Shown piece by piece: positions 28,889-41,246 of a stretch of 64,000 nt of DNA. The stretch lies in assembly GCF_009914755.1 (NCBI RefSeq), contig NC_060948.1. One strand, given 5' to 3'. Under the pieces are notes generated by a model, which was not told the DNA's origin, did no database searches, and saw nothing but the letters and a program-made list of their open reading frames with translations. Made by a program: the position numbers and the translations under genes. Origin of the DNA: the human T2T-CHM13v2.0 reference genome, Homo sapiens. Numbering within the stretch: the first letter of the stretch is position 1; each line of letters opens with the position of its first letter.

Positions 28889-29167
28889 GAGATCGTATAC
28901 CAGTTGAGCTCTGCCATTTTCCTCTTAGTACGCATGCTTCAGCTCACTCACCCAACTCCTGAGATCTTACCAGGAAGCTACTGATCACCAGTTTCCGGTT
29001 TTTTCTATCTACAGGTAAACTTGCTTTCTCTGGTGCTGGCTGTGGCCAATTACTATTTTAGAGGGGCAGTGTAACTGCTTGACCATCACCTGATGGTTGC
29101 CTGATATTCCTTGTTGAGGAGGCACCCTTTCCTGCCCTGTTCATGTCTGACTAGCTATTTACTGTAA
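28889..29167 (-). mobile_element. MER50 3' LTR, 5' part
   Basis: Homologous to 35400-35667 (GACCATCACCTGATGG..TCTGACTAGCTA..TGTAA); resumes where 16224 stops. Confidence 0.85.
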
Positions 29168-30644
29168 TATTTCTTCTCTCAAGAGTCCAAGACCCCAATT
29201 ATTTGGGGAAAATGGATGCAGGTCCATCTTCTGTAACTGCTGCCTGCTGACAGAGGGGCAGTGATGGTTGTTCTGTGGGTCTTGGCCTGTTTCTAGCTGT
29301 AAGGGTAGGAAGGTGGCTTCATGATTTGGTAAAAGTGGTATCCAACCAGGTCCTAGGGAGACAGGGGCAGGATTTTGCCTCCATTATCTGGAGCTGGATG
29401 GTGTGAAGCTGAGAAGACAAACTGAGTTATTAGAATGTCAAAACAAATTAAGTGGGTAATAACAGCTCCAAAAAATTCCGAGACTGCCAACATGCCCAGG
29501 TAACTGGTCGCTGTATTCATGCCTGCTTAGTCTTGGATTTATGGGGTTGCTAACTGATTGCAGTATGTGCCCAGAATTAGAATATTGATTCAGATTTTTA
29601 CATTACCTATCCCTTTGTTTCTTCGGAGCTGCAGCCAGAGATCACTGGTTGGTTCACAGAAATAGGCAGGGTTAGTCTAAATTGCAGATAAAAACTCAAA
29701 AACAACTGATGAGACTAGAATCTAATAATAGGTATACCATAGTTCTTGAAACATAATTTTTCAGTCTCCAGTCCTCATTTGTTATTCAAAACAAATATAG
29801 CGTTGTTTGCAAAAAAAAAAAAAAAACTTTAGTCTTATTTTCTTATTTTACTTGGCCTGATTATTTGCATAAAGCACAGCAAAAATAATTATTTGCCATA
29901 TAGCTTTCTTTTTAATTTGGCTTTGATGCAACTTCATTCCATAAGGAATCTCAGATAAGACTCTGTTTGAAGCCTTAAGCACAGCCATGGATTGGTGCCA
30001 TTAAATACATTTATGAGGGGTGAATTTCTCTCCTATTGAGGTCTCAAAATAACTTGGGGTTCCTGTGATTGTTAGAAAGTGACATTCTTTACTTATCACA
30101 GTTCAGGAACTCTGTACAGGGACAAGGACAAAATATGTGGAGAAAAGCTATGAGGCCAGTTTTCCCAAGGGGCTTTTCTAGACTCTATAAGTAAAGTTTG
30201 ATTTCTTAAAGGAAAGTACACCATTCTAGTCAAAGCCTTGGTATAATAAAATAACCAGTTTCTCCAGTTATGTCCTGTTGTAAAAGAGAACAGATTCTTA
30301 TTGCACATATGCAAATAACTATATTGCCATAAGTTAAGAATACTTCACAGATAGTTTCCAAATTCTGGAGAAATCAGGTAGAGAGAAATAAATATGCTCC
30401 AAGTTTTGTCTACAGGAGTGCTCAATTGTTAAAAGCTATAAGTAGCTCAAAAGAAAAATTTTCTTGGCTTTGAAAAAACAAAGAATGGATTGGCAACATT
30501 TTAAGCGAAAGTCAAAAAAGATTACTTTGGTCTTTTATTAGTTAAATGTATGCAACTATTTCCTGTTTTGCTTGAAATTTATAAACACATTAGTAAAGTC
30601 CTGTAGCTGATTATGTAACCACCTTTTAGAGGATTAAAACAAGG

Positions 30645-31182
30645 TGATATGGTTTGGTTCTGTGTCCCCACCCAAGTCTCATCTTGAATTATACTCCCAT
30701 AATTCCTGCATGTTGTGGGAGGGACCTGGTGGGAGATAATTTGAATCATGGGACAGTTCCCCCATATTCTTCTCGTGGTAGTGAATAAGACATACAATAT
30801 GTGATGGATTTATCAGGGGTTTCCACTTTTGCATCATTCTCATTTGCTCTTGCCACCACCGTGTAAGAAGTGCCTTTCACCTCCTGCCATGATTCTGAAG
30901 CCTACCTAGCCATGTGGAACAGTAAGTCCAATTAAACCTGAGGTGAGACTGAGGTAGTCCCCGATGGAGATGAAGAACTTGTTGGGAGCTGGAGCAAATG
31001 TGACTCTTCTTATGTTTTAGCAAAGAGACTTGTGGCATTTTGCCCCTGCCCTAGAGATTTGTGGAATTTTGAACTTGAGAAAGATGATTTAGGGCATCTG
31101 GTGGAAGAAATTTTTAAGTAGTAAAGCATTCAAGAGGTGACGTGGGTTTTGTTAAAGGCATTCAGTTGTATAAGGGAAGCAG
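30645..31182 (+). mobile_element. THE1B-like LTR (30645-30939) fused to a THE1-int fragment (30940-31182)
   Basis: TGATATGGTTTGG.TCTGTGTCCCCACCCAA start; GATGGAGATGAAGAACTTGTTGGG..TTTTGCCCCTGCCCTAGAGAT internal motif; no second LTR. Confidence 0.85.
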
Positions 31183-32170
31183 TCTGACCATAAGGTAAGA
31201 ATCTCATAAACCTTTTATAAGCCTTTACCATTTTCTGTTAAAGAGCAGAATAATGCTCTAGGCAAAATGTGTCATGCTTTTTATTCCAATGTTCAATTTA
31301 CAGATAAACTGAATAATACCACTTTAGTTGTAGCTAATATGTCCACAACCACAATTTCTTTACAAGATGAATTTTTCACAAGCCTTGCACGACTTGCCTA
31401 AACCTTTAGCTATACCCTAACTTAAAACAATCTTTTAACCCTCTAAGTAAGGCAAAATATCCACATTCCCATGCCTTCTTATAATCTTCTACCAAAAGCA
31501 CATTCTACTTTCCTTGCATGCCTTGTGTGTAAAACTGTTTTTCCAATAGACTCAGGTACATATTACAATGTTAACTCTTAGCAACTTTTAGTTTTGGGGA
31601 AATACCTGGTAAGTAAGCAATTCTAATTATGTACTAGGTATCTAGCCTAGGACACCAGACAGCAGTGCAGATAAGGTTTGAAACTTTGTTATAGCTAGGG
31701 ACCTGATTAACTTTGTATGTCCCCAGGCCTTACCTAGCTTGAAAGCAAACAATTTGCATAATTAAGAGTCTTAGTAGCAGTTTATGAAGCATAAAGGAGG
31801 CTTAATAGCCTTTAAATTGTTTAATATTTTTTTCTTAAATTTCCTTTCATGAGTCTTCTCCCAACTTACACAAATCTTCTACAACATGTTTTAACTTTCT
31901 GATTTGTCCTAAACATTCCTCTTTTTAAACACCCTGTTATTTTACTCTGGGACAACAATTTACCATACAAGATATTTTCTTATATAAAATCCCTTTTCTT
32001 TATAACATTCCTTACCAAAAATACCTCTTTGCCTTTATAACCTTTGAATTAGACAAAAGTCATTTTATTTTTGTTAAGAAATTATGGTTTGTACTACATG
32101 TTGCTGTGTATATACTGTGAAGAGGGAGCAAATAGGCAGGTTATCTGCATACTGCAGATGTTACCTCCCC

Positions 32171-32270
32171 TCAAGAGATTGCTTGGTAAGATTTTTTTAG
32201 GGCTTTTCTGAATAAGTGTGGACTATTTCTAAACCCATGAGGTAGGACTGACCAGATTGAAGTAGTTATT
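32171..32270 (-). pseudogene. Gammaretrovirus-like RT fragment in MER50-int
   Basis: WSVLPHGFRNSPHLFRKAL resembles the class I RT motif W.VLPQGF..SP.LF..AL. Confidence 0.75.
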
Positions 32271-32281
32271 AGGGAGAAAGA

Positions 32282-32329
32282 TAAATTCAGAGGTAGGGTA
32301 AATATTAAATTCAGAGGTAGGGTAAATAT
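32282..32329. repeat. Perfect 24-bp tandem duplication
   Basis: TAAATTCAGAGGTAGGGTAAATAT x2. Confidence 0.95.
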
Positions 32330-32610
32330 TAAGAAGTCATCCATCTTAGAAAGTACATTTTTGCCCTGAAGTGTGAATACTCTTTTGGAGGAAGGTAGTG
32401 CCATTAACCTCCATTAGCCAATAGGAGTTGAAAGAGAGTTGCTCAGGAAAGATTAGCTCAGACTAGGCAGCTCTTAAGCCCAAAAGGGAAATTTATAATT
32501 TTACTTGCCTCCTCCAGAGTTGCTCTTGGCTTTGTTCCATTGATGATGTCTGATCTGGGAGCCGATTGGTCCAGACAGCCCATTCTGCTCAAGGCCATAA
32601 AAGGTTGGGA

Positions 32611-32820
32611 TTATTTCCCAGGGGCCCTTCCGCTCTCAGGGCAGTCCTGTTCCAGCGGCCAAGCTTGTGGCAGAGGGGCAAGCTGTGTGCAGCTTTTGCC
32701 ATTTATCCCATTGGGACAGTTTGCCTTCCAGTGGCCTGGCTTACTGCACCAATGACAGTTACCTGAAGGAGTGTTATTAGGGCAACCTGGAAGGGGCTGG
32801 AGAGCTTGTAAAGCAGTCAA
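32611..32820 (-). pseudogene. gag: gag nucleocapsid remnant with a CCHC zinc knuckle
   Basis: CHWCSKPGHWKANC is CX2CX4HX4C; a frameshifted second knuckle-like segment follows. Confidence 0.8.
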
Positions 32821-33096
32821 AATAGTTAGCCTGCGTTTCTCCTGTTCTTAGCCCTGTTGTCCATATTCTACTCTCAGTTATAAAAGACTGAGGAAGCTAA
32901 TCTCAAGACCTCCATCACAGGGGCACTGCATTCCAAGGCTGACTTTTGTAATTTTTTCCCACTTTATTTTAAAGCCAAACAATATTAAAACAGAAAACTC
33001 ATTTTATGTGTTAAGGTTTAGGGGAATCACACATTTTCCAGTTTTAGGGGAATGCATCTGAGGGGCATGTCCTGTGGTATAAAGATGTGATTGCTA

Positions 33097-33405
33097 GGCT
33101 GGATGCAGTGGCTCATGCCTGTAATCCCAGCACTTTGGGAGGCTGAGGGGGTGGATCACCTGAGGTCAGGAGTTTGAGACCAGCCTGACCAACATGGAGA
33201 AACCCCATCTCTACTAAAAATACAAAATTAGCCGGGTGTGGTGGCACATGCCTATAATCCCAGCTACTCAGGAGGCTGAGGCAGGAGAATCTCTTGAACC
33301 AGGAGGCAGAGCTTGTGATGAGCCAAGATCACGCACTATTGCACTCCAGCCTGGCCAACAAGAATGAAACTCCATCTCAAAAACAAAACAAAAAAACAAA
33401 ACAAA
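33097..33405 (+). mobile_element. AluSp in MER50-int
   Basis: CCTGACCAACATGGAGAAACCCC diagnostic; TSD AAAGATGTGATT (33081-33092, 33406-33417). Confidence 0.9.
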
Positions 33406-34906
33406 AAAGATGTGATTACCCATCTGCAAAGAAAACAGGAGAAAAGAAAGAAAAAAGAAAGAAGAAGGTGTTCCCTCTACTTTTCTATTATTCTGAATGG
33501 GGCATCTCCCATTGTCCTTAGGGTTCCAGAATTAACCAGTTTTACCATGTACCTTTGGTGTCATCTGTTCACAATTATCCACTTGAGAACAGAGGAGATA
33601 CTGGAGTGAACAGTGGGCCCCCTGTTTATCCTTGGGGTTCTGGAATGAACCCGTCTTACTGTGTACCTGTAACCTTGCCTTTATCTCTGTTCTGATGGTA
33701 ATCGGTTAGCCTGGGACCAACCTTCATCTCTGCCCTATGGGTCTCTTGCACCTGCAGCCTTGGCCCGGCCTATATCCTTGTCTTCGTGACCTTGTAATGA
33801 CTGTTGCGTAAAGCCTTCCAGAAAAACGTATACATATTTTCTTAGATTCTCATTTCCCATGTTCTTTAAGTAGATGAGAAGCCTTGTAGCTAACTGCTAC
33901 AAGGGGGCTGGACTTTCCTCCCCACTTGCTTCAAATATGACCTTGAAGGTCTTGATGCATATTGAGAAGGATGCGAAAATAATTAGAGAAATGGAGGCCA
34001 CAGGAAGAAGTGAGAAGAAGCAAGAATCCAGCAGCCTTTGGATTCAAGAGGGTAATGTTTATTTGCCCTCTTGATGTAAAGTAGTAACTTCCGGAGGACT
34101 TGGGGCTTGGGATAAGAACTCATAAATGGCAAAGAAAAAAATCCCCTCCTGCAAAAAAGGTGCTAACTCAAAAAAGCACAAATAGGTGGGCTCCTTCAAG
34201 GGCAAGAGTGAGGCCCTATATAGGTGGACAAACTGCTTCAAGACCCTGGGAAACTTGGCCCTGGGGCATAACAGGAATTAAAAGCATATGCTAAGTTATA
34301 AGGAGATGGCAGAGCTAGGTTCCAATTATTGTCTGTCCTGGCAATGGGCCAGTGGACATCCGAAAGGAAAGCCGTTTCTTTGCTGCTGTGCAAGTGCAGT
34401 AACAGCCACAGGTGCAAGAATAACAGGAAGTGTGTGATGAGGTCACGTGACATGTGAAGTAAAAGCAAAGGGTTGGAGTTGCCCCTGAGGTGGACAGTCT
34501 GGTGGGTGTGCAAGGCCATTTTAGAACACACACAGAAAAAAAAAAATTGGCAATGTGAGGTCTTGGGAAAGAGCCCATTTTAGTTGAAAAAGCAGACGAA
34601 TCCCCAGCATTGCACGGTTTTAGGTTTTATCCCTACCACTCTCATGAGCCACCTGTCCAGGAGGGCCATTAGTGCCTCCATTCTACTCAGTTCAGACCCC
34701 AAGGCCAATCCCATCCCCACGAGTCACCCTTCTGGGTGAGCTGAGTGATAAGCTGGGGAAACAGAGTCACTTACGGCCAAAAGGACTTGTTCTAGATGTT
34801 TGTTAATAAGAAGAAGGGAGACAGGGAGAAGAAACCATGTGCAGTGGTTGAACATCCCCAGCCGAAGAAGATGAGGGGTAGAGATCTCTTAACCACTAGG
34901 GAATGT

Positions 34907-34968
34907 ATTCAAATCATGTAGCACCAAAGTATGTTAGCAGTGGAAGTTATCTGAGTCATATGGCACCA
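34907..34968 (-). promoter_or_regulatory. Two tandem tRNA-His-like PBS copies
   Basis: Minus strand: TGGTGCCATATGACTCAGAT, then an LTR-end-like CTGCTAACA, then TGGTGCTACATGATTTGAAT; compare the His PBS TGGTGCCGTGACTCGGAT. Confidence 0.6.
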
Positions 34969-34973
34969 AAATA

Positions 34974-35667
34974 TTTTGGCAGCAACAAATCTGTATGGGT
35001 CTGCAGCAACCTCGATTCTTGCCATCTCAGAAGAAATAATTCAACTGAGGAGCCTAAGGTAGAAGGAGAAACCCAGGGAAATTTTAGAGCAGGAGTAAAA
35101 CTTTATTTTAAAAGCTCTAGAGCAGAAACAAAAGGAAGGAAAGTATACTTGGAAGAAGGTCAAGTGGTCAACTTGAAAGACAAGTGTGCAGTTTTACTTT
35201 TTGACCTGAGGTTTTATATGTTGGCATAATTCTGGGGTTTTGCATAACTTCTCCCCTGACTTCACCTTTGGGGTGGGCTGTCTGCATGCGCAGTGGCCTG
35301 CCAGCAGTTGGGAGGGGAGCATGTGCGGTGTGTTTACTGGAGTTGTATGAATGCTCACTTGAGGTGTTCTTTCTTTACCAGCCAAATGTCCCTAAGAAAT
35401 CATATACCAGTTAAACTCTGCCATCTTGCCTCTTAGGCATTTTTCCAACTCCTGATATCTTATCGAGAAGCTACTGATCACCAGTTTCAGGTTTTTTTTC
35501 TATCTGTAGGGAGACTGCCTTTCCCTGGCACCTGCTGTGATCAATTATTATTTTAGAGACTGTGTAACAACTGCCTGACCATCACCTGATGGTCCCCTGA
35601 TATTCCTGGTGTCAAGGAAAAACTCTCTTCCACCCTGTTGGTGTCTGACTAGCTACCTATTGTAACA
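34974..35667 (-). mobile_element. MER50 5' LTR (complete)
   Basis: Minus-strand start TGTTACAATAGGTAGCTAGTCAGAC; ~694 bp; TATAAAA box; adjacent PBS. Confidence 0.88.
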
Positions 35668-35728
35668 ACTTGAGATAATGATCTCTGGTTCCATCTAAGT
35701 TGCTGCAAAATACATTATTTCATTTTTA
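35668..35728 (-). mobile_element. L1PB-type 3' fragment, right part
   Basis: ACTTGAGATAATGATCTCTGGTTCCATCTAAGTTGCTGCAAAATACATTATTTCATT continues the L1 broken at 15808. Confidence 0.8.
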
Positions 35729-36325
35729 GAATAATCAACATAATTTGTAGAACTATATTTAAAACTATGCTTTTGTCCAGATTATTCCTAATAGAATATT
35801 TATTCATCCTCAGAGAGTGAATCTGCTTATTCTGGATTCATGCACTAGCCTATTTATATCCACAAATCTGTGTGTACTTATTTCTATCTATTACGTTTGA
35901 ATAATTTTTTTAAAAAATAAACTTCCTTTCTCTTTACAAACAAGAGTTGGAATGATACAGATGTCTCTGTGTGTGTGTTTGTAGTAATTTTTTGCCTGCT
36001 ATAATCTTCTAGGTAAGATTCTTCTTTGTCTTTAGGTATGCAAAGATTTGCCTCCTTATAGTATTATTTTATTTTATGTATTCATTTAATATCTTAATAA
36101 ATAGGCTAGAGAAAGGTGATTTTTTTCTGTTTTTTTTTTTTGTATGTTTACATAGTCAGATGTTTAAACAATAATTGTAAGAATATCAATATGCATTTTA
36201 TGATAATTTAGTTGTCATTTTTGAAATTGTTCTCTATATGTGATTTACAAACAAGGTAACCCTCTCATGAGTATTTGATATTAAGGTCAGCAGTCTTGTA
36301 TGCATTGTTGTCCTTCTGTTTAGAA

Positions 36326-36534
36326 CAGCGGTGTCTAATCTTTTGGTTTCCCTGGGCCACATTAGAGGAAGAATTGTCTTGGGCCAAACATAAAATATAC
36401 TAACACTAATGATAGCTGATAAGCTAAAAAAGAAATCACAAAATAATCTCATTATGTTTTCAGAAAGTTTATGAGTTTGTGTGGGGCGGCATTCAAAGCT
36501 GTCCTGGACTGCATGTAGCCTGTGGGTCAGCTTG
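36326..36534 (+). mobile_element. MER30 (hAT-Charlie non-autonomous DNA transposon)
   Basis: CAG.GGTGTCTAATCTTTTGG.TTCCCTGGGCCACA start; perfect 8-bp TSD GTTTAGAA (36318-36325, 36535-36542). Confidence 0.92.
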
Positions 36535-37080
36535 GTTTAGAAGCAGTCAGTGACTTCCTCCCTAATGTTACCAGATTCTTGAATTTAAAACAGTGTGACA
36601 ATTGAAACAGCCTGGGAACAATTACTGAATTCATGGAGGTTTACCAACATACTGTTGATACCACTCACTCGCTAGGGAATATGTAAAGTAGAATTTTGCT
36701 ACATGGAAAGCAATTCTCTCCACCAAAGTGGTTTGGACCTCTGGAAAGGTTTACAGATTTCTGCAAAGAAAAGGAGATGGAGAGATTGTATCCTAGTTAA
36801 AGAATATGGTAACTTTGTTTCCGATGATTAATGGCTTTAAAACCTTGTGTTTTGGGGATATTAAATTTGAAATCAGTTGATCTTTACTCAAAAACATAAA
36901 ATCCCCAATAAGTAAATGCCAATTTTACACTTTTAACAATCCTGGACAAGGGATAGAACATAGAGCTTTATTAACAATCCATCTAATAGGTGTAATAGAA
37001 AAAAAATCAGTTTTCAAAATCATATGATAATAGAGGTTTTGAAATGCATTTACCATCTATTTCATACTCTCACTTTTTAG

Positions 37081-37454
37081 TGTTAAAAACAAAATTATTT
37101 ATACACTTGTTAAAATGGTAAGGAAGAGTTTATTCAGAGCTGTTGCTATAGATGTAAAAACTTTTGCAGTAGGGGAGAGTGATCTGGTTCAAATCTGAAT
37201 GCAGAAAGACAGCTGTGGCTAATAGCCAAGGAGCAGAGACGGGAAAAGTTGAGGAGGGTTTCAGTGGATAGCAAACTACAAAGAGAAGATATCAAGAATG
37301 GGAGATTCTTGCTAAATTAACTGATTTAGTAGAATTCTTTCTAAAACTGGGCTATGCAGTTTAAAGATTAGATGGGGGCTAATGTGAATGTTTAAACCAA
37401 AATAAGACTTAGAGGAGCCTGACTATAGTTCAGTCAAGGAGAGAGTCTTTCTCA
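37081..37454 (-). mobile_element. Solo ERV1 LTR, MER31/MER67-like
   Basis: Minus-strand start TGAGAAAGACTCTCTCCTTGACTGAACTATAGTCAGGCTCCTCT; TG...CA; TSD TTAG/ATAG. Confidence 0.75.
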
Positions 37455-40119
37455 ATAGGAAGAGAGAAAGAAAGAACAGAAAACATATGCAACTTGCAGA
37501 TCAAGAAAATACTTCATTGCAGATAACTTTAATTTAAAATCCCTTGCAAGCTTTTATTTATTGAGGAATTTACCCTAAGTAACCTCCAGAGTTGATTTAG
37601 TCAATCTTGACCCTGTTTCTCAGACCTGTTTCGGTGATATTTGATGTACTGGACATTGTTAGAATAAATTCAGGCCTTGCATCCTGAATCTCTAGTCTTC
37701 TATTCTAGATCACTCCCAAAGTCACTGATTAGCAAAATGACCTCTGATGCTTTCATTCATGGATTCCAGGTACTTATAATCTAGTAGAGCCTGTGGCCAA
37801 CCATGTAAGTGTCTGAAGTTCCACTTTGTACCACTTTGCAGCTGAAGAATTCTTTGGCTGCAGTTTCTTTTCTTATCCACCTGGTTCTCCCAGGGTGTCA
37901 CAGCTCTTAAAGTTTTTACTATCCATGAAGTTCAGCCATAATTATAGCAGTGTTCTTTGAGTCTCCATATAAAGAAATACATTTTGCTCAAAACACATTT
38001 GGTCCTATGGTCACTGATAAACTTAATTTCATTTTCACTGATTATTGTTATATTATTGATATTGTTCAATGAATTAGTACCTCATCAACACTGATGACCT
38101 TCCCACTCTTATAAGTGCTTCTTCAATTCTTCTTTAGCGTTGTAGTGATACTTTGAATTAACAGGTACTACTTTATTTTCAAGAGGTTTTCATATTGCCT
38201 CCTTTGTTTCCTCAGTTTTATTTCTATTCAATCATTAGACATTGAAAGAACAAGAATGAGTAATTCAGTATATGCCAGAGAGATAGCTACACTTTATAGA
38301 TTTTGTAGTTCCTTACATGTACTGTTAACAATGCTTATTTCAAGTTGCCTGAGTTTATTGACAATGCTGGGCTGTTGTGCCACCTCCATGACCCAAGACT
38401 CCCTTCTGAGAAACAAAATTGTAGTTGCAGAGCTAGTGTGCCACAGGACAAGATATGTAGAAATGGTACATTTTCAAACAAGAAAAAGTGATAGCACCTC
38501 CATCATACATTTTTCTGTGTGCTAGCCCCCAACCCCCTGCCACACCAGAAATGAGTAATGATGAGAATAGAATCTGTAAATATCAGGTATTTGTCACTGG
38601 CAACATACGTCAATTTTAAATGGCAGACAAGAGTCCCAGTTGATTGAAAAAAAAATATGTGATGTAATTTATTATGCCATTACTGGTAAAAATCAAGTGT
38701 TTTTGCTAGTACTCCAAAGATCTGGCAGCACAACTGGTACTTTTATGGAATGGGAGGCAAAGCACATCAAGCAGACATTTGGGACTCTAAGAAGCAGATG
38801 GTGTTGTTTATTCAAAACAAATGACAAATAATGTATTAATTTATGGACACTACAAAAATTAAATATCATTTTAAAGAATGCTAGAGTAGGTCAGGACTCG
38901 AAGAAACCGGTGTATTGCACTGAAGGGCAGCAGAGAGTAGTAAGAAACTGGTGCCTAGAAACACTTTTAGGAGAGAAACACCATAAGGTAATAAATGAGT
39001 ATACCTTGTCATGCTCATCAATTGCAAACAAAGGAGAATCATGTACTATGTATTTCGCTTTCTTTTTAACCACACTCCTTATCATATATGAGAATCTCAA
39101 AAGCAGTTTACAGTGTAAACTTCTGTTTTTTTTTTAAATGAATTCTTATGTTCTCTTTAAAAACATAAGCTTCTGGTTTTAGTTTAGCGTTATATTTACA
39201 TTAGGTAAGAAAGCAGGGAGATAGGAAAACTGTTTATTTAAAAACAAAACAAATCCTCTCTTGTCTATATTTGCACCTTTGTGATACAAAAAAGTGAGTT
39301 ATTTAAGTAAAATAGAAAAAAATTTTAACTTATGTTTAGCTCAGTCCCTGGTACATAGAAAGCACAAAATAAATGCTTATTTTTCTGTACTGAATGATTG
39401 GATATAGGGATGTGAAAATAATTGAATGCCTAACCATTACTATTTTGATTTTTTACAGATTTCCTCCAAAACACTCTGCTAAGGCTCTACCCAAGAATGA
39501 ATTTACCTAACTAATCTAAAATGTTTTCAAATTATCACAAATAAAAGATTATTTTGTGATAGAGCAGAACTTATTTTGCTCTCTTTCTGTACAAAAAAAT
39601 ATATATCAAATCGAATTTCTAGAATAGCAAATGGCAAATTTTATGCATAAAAGAATAATATTTTATTACTTAATTCAAACTAAATGTTTAAGTAAGACAA
39701 AATATATGAGAAAAATATTACAGTTTTAACCTGCAATTGATTTAAATAGTTTTAATAAGAAAATTTTAAACATGAAACTGAGTTTGTGGGGAGTAATAAT
39801 TGAATAGAAATTCTTTCATTCACTTTTGTCTAGTTTTTTTATACTCCCCCCGCCACTGTATGGTTTCTTTTCATCTATATCATTTCAGTTAAAAAGGTTT
39901 AAGGCAAAAATGCATGCAATATGGAATTTTTGCCTGCAGTTTTTACATCAAAGAGACAGTGTGTGTAGGAGGTTCAGATATGGATAGTCGAATGCTGACT
40001 ATACATCGAAAGGAGTCAGAAAACATTAAGTAGTTTCTCAGGGTTGACAAACAGAATAGTTCTCTCATTTTGATTTGTAAGCTTTTTTGAACAAATACAA
40101 TAGCAAATACTTTGTTTTT

Positions 40120-40178
40120 AAAATAAAGTTACAATAAAATAAAGTTAAAATAAAGTTACATAAAAATAAAAGTTACAA
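40120..40178. repeat. Short AAATAAAGTTA(C) tandem repeat, ~4 copies
   Basis: Direct reading. Confidence 0.8.
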
Positions 40179-40187
40179 AGTAGTAAC

Positions 40188-40256
40188 TTTTTTTTTTTTT
40201 TTGAGATGGAATCTCTCTCTGTTGCCCAGGCTGGAGTACAGTGGCACAATCTCAGC
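40188..40256 (-). mobile_element. Alu 3'-end fragment
   Basis: Poly(T) followed by GAGATGGAATCTC.CTCTGTTGCCCAGGCTGGAGTACAGTGGCACAATCTCAGC. Confidence 0.85.
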
Positions 40257-40284
40257 ATATGAACAATTAGTTCTTTAGTTTTAA

Positions 40285-40775
40285 TGATGCAGGATTTTTG
40301 CTCCTTAGCTCAGCTAGGTCCAGGTTCTTGTCTCACGACCAGGAAAAATTAGGCACGCAGACATCAAAAAGTTAGTGGAGTAGAATTTATCAAGGGAAAA
40401 GAAAGCTCTCAGCAAAAAGAGGGGAGGCTGGGGGTAGTTCTCCCACTCAAAGACAGGAGAGAACCCTAATATGGTTGAGCCCAGGACCTTTTATGGGCTC
40501 AGAATAGGGGGTATGTACTGATCAGTTTGTGAGCATGCAAAAAGGTCAAAGCGAAGACATCACTCAAACATGGGCACAACAGTGTAGAAAGCCAATTAGG
40601 AAAGGGTAAGTATATGTAAAATAGGAGAAGGATGGGGATCAATCAGAGGAAAGCATCCCAAACGGGAAGGTAGGTTCTCAATCCAGTCCAAGGACTGTTT
40701 CCAGCTTGAAGGCCAGGTTTCACTGGGGACCTGCTCCTATCTTCCTAGGCAGTTGTCTGCCTTCTGCTTCTATCA
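40285..40775 (-). mobile_element. Solo ERV1 LTR (LTR27/LTR28/MER52-like group)
   Basis: Minus-strand start TGATAGAAGCAGAAGGCAGACAACTGCCTAGG; TG...CA; TSD TTAA/CTAA. Confidence 0.7.
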
Positions 40776-41026
40776 CTAACGATTTGCAATACTCAACTAA
40801 CATGAGAATGATCCTGAAGAAAACATTTCATCTGAAAGCAAAGAGAAATTATTGGCAATGAACCTTTGGTAGTTCTGTCCCTTCCTATCCTGTTTTTAAA
40901 TATACTTAAGCATTGAGATTTAGAGACTGACAAATAAAATCAGAGTGATTTATCACTCATTTAAAAGAGAATATGATCATACATATATATCTATATATAA
41001 AATACATATTTTACATATATAATATT

Positions 41027-41242
41027 AAGAAAGTATGAGTGTTGCTGTAAAACACTGTGTAATAAGTTTAGAAATCAATCTAAACTCTGAATTAGCATAA
41101 GCCATGTGATATCAGCTGCAAAACAAAAACTGGTATAAGCAGACAAAATACTTTATCATTTACAAGGTAATGTGTGTATCTGAAGCAACATGTACCCTAA
41201 TGACCAATTTGAATGTTTTTGCCTATATTCTTAGCATTTCAA
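41027..41242 (+). repeat. Direct duplicate (copy A) of 42425-42641
   Basis: Manual alignment: about 16 substitutions and 2 small indels over ~216 bp. Confidence 0.95.
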
Positions 41243-41246
41243 GAAG

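Noticed and set aside
29168-30070. Possible env remnant next to the MER50 3' LTR
   Set aside because: No ORF, and no furin site, immunosuppressive domain or CX6CC motif that I could recognise.
34907-34968. tRNA-like sequence
   Set aside because: Only 18-20 nt complementary to a tRNA 3' end (a PBS); no cloverleaf or A/B boxes.
38256-39137. Cluster of 63-89-aa ORFs in unique sequence
   Set aside because: No recognisable domain, overlapping on both strands, no convincing exon structure; lengths compatible with chance.
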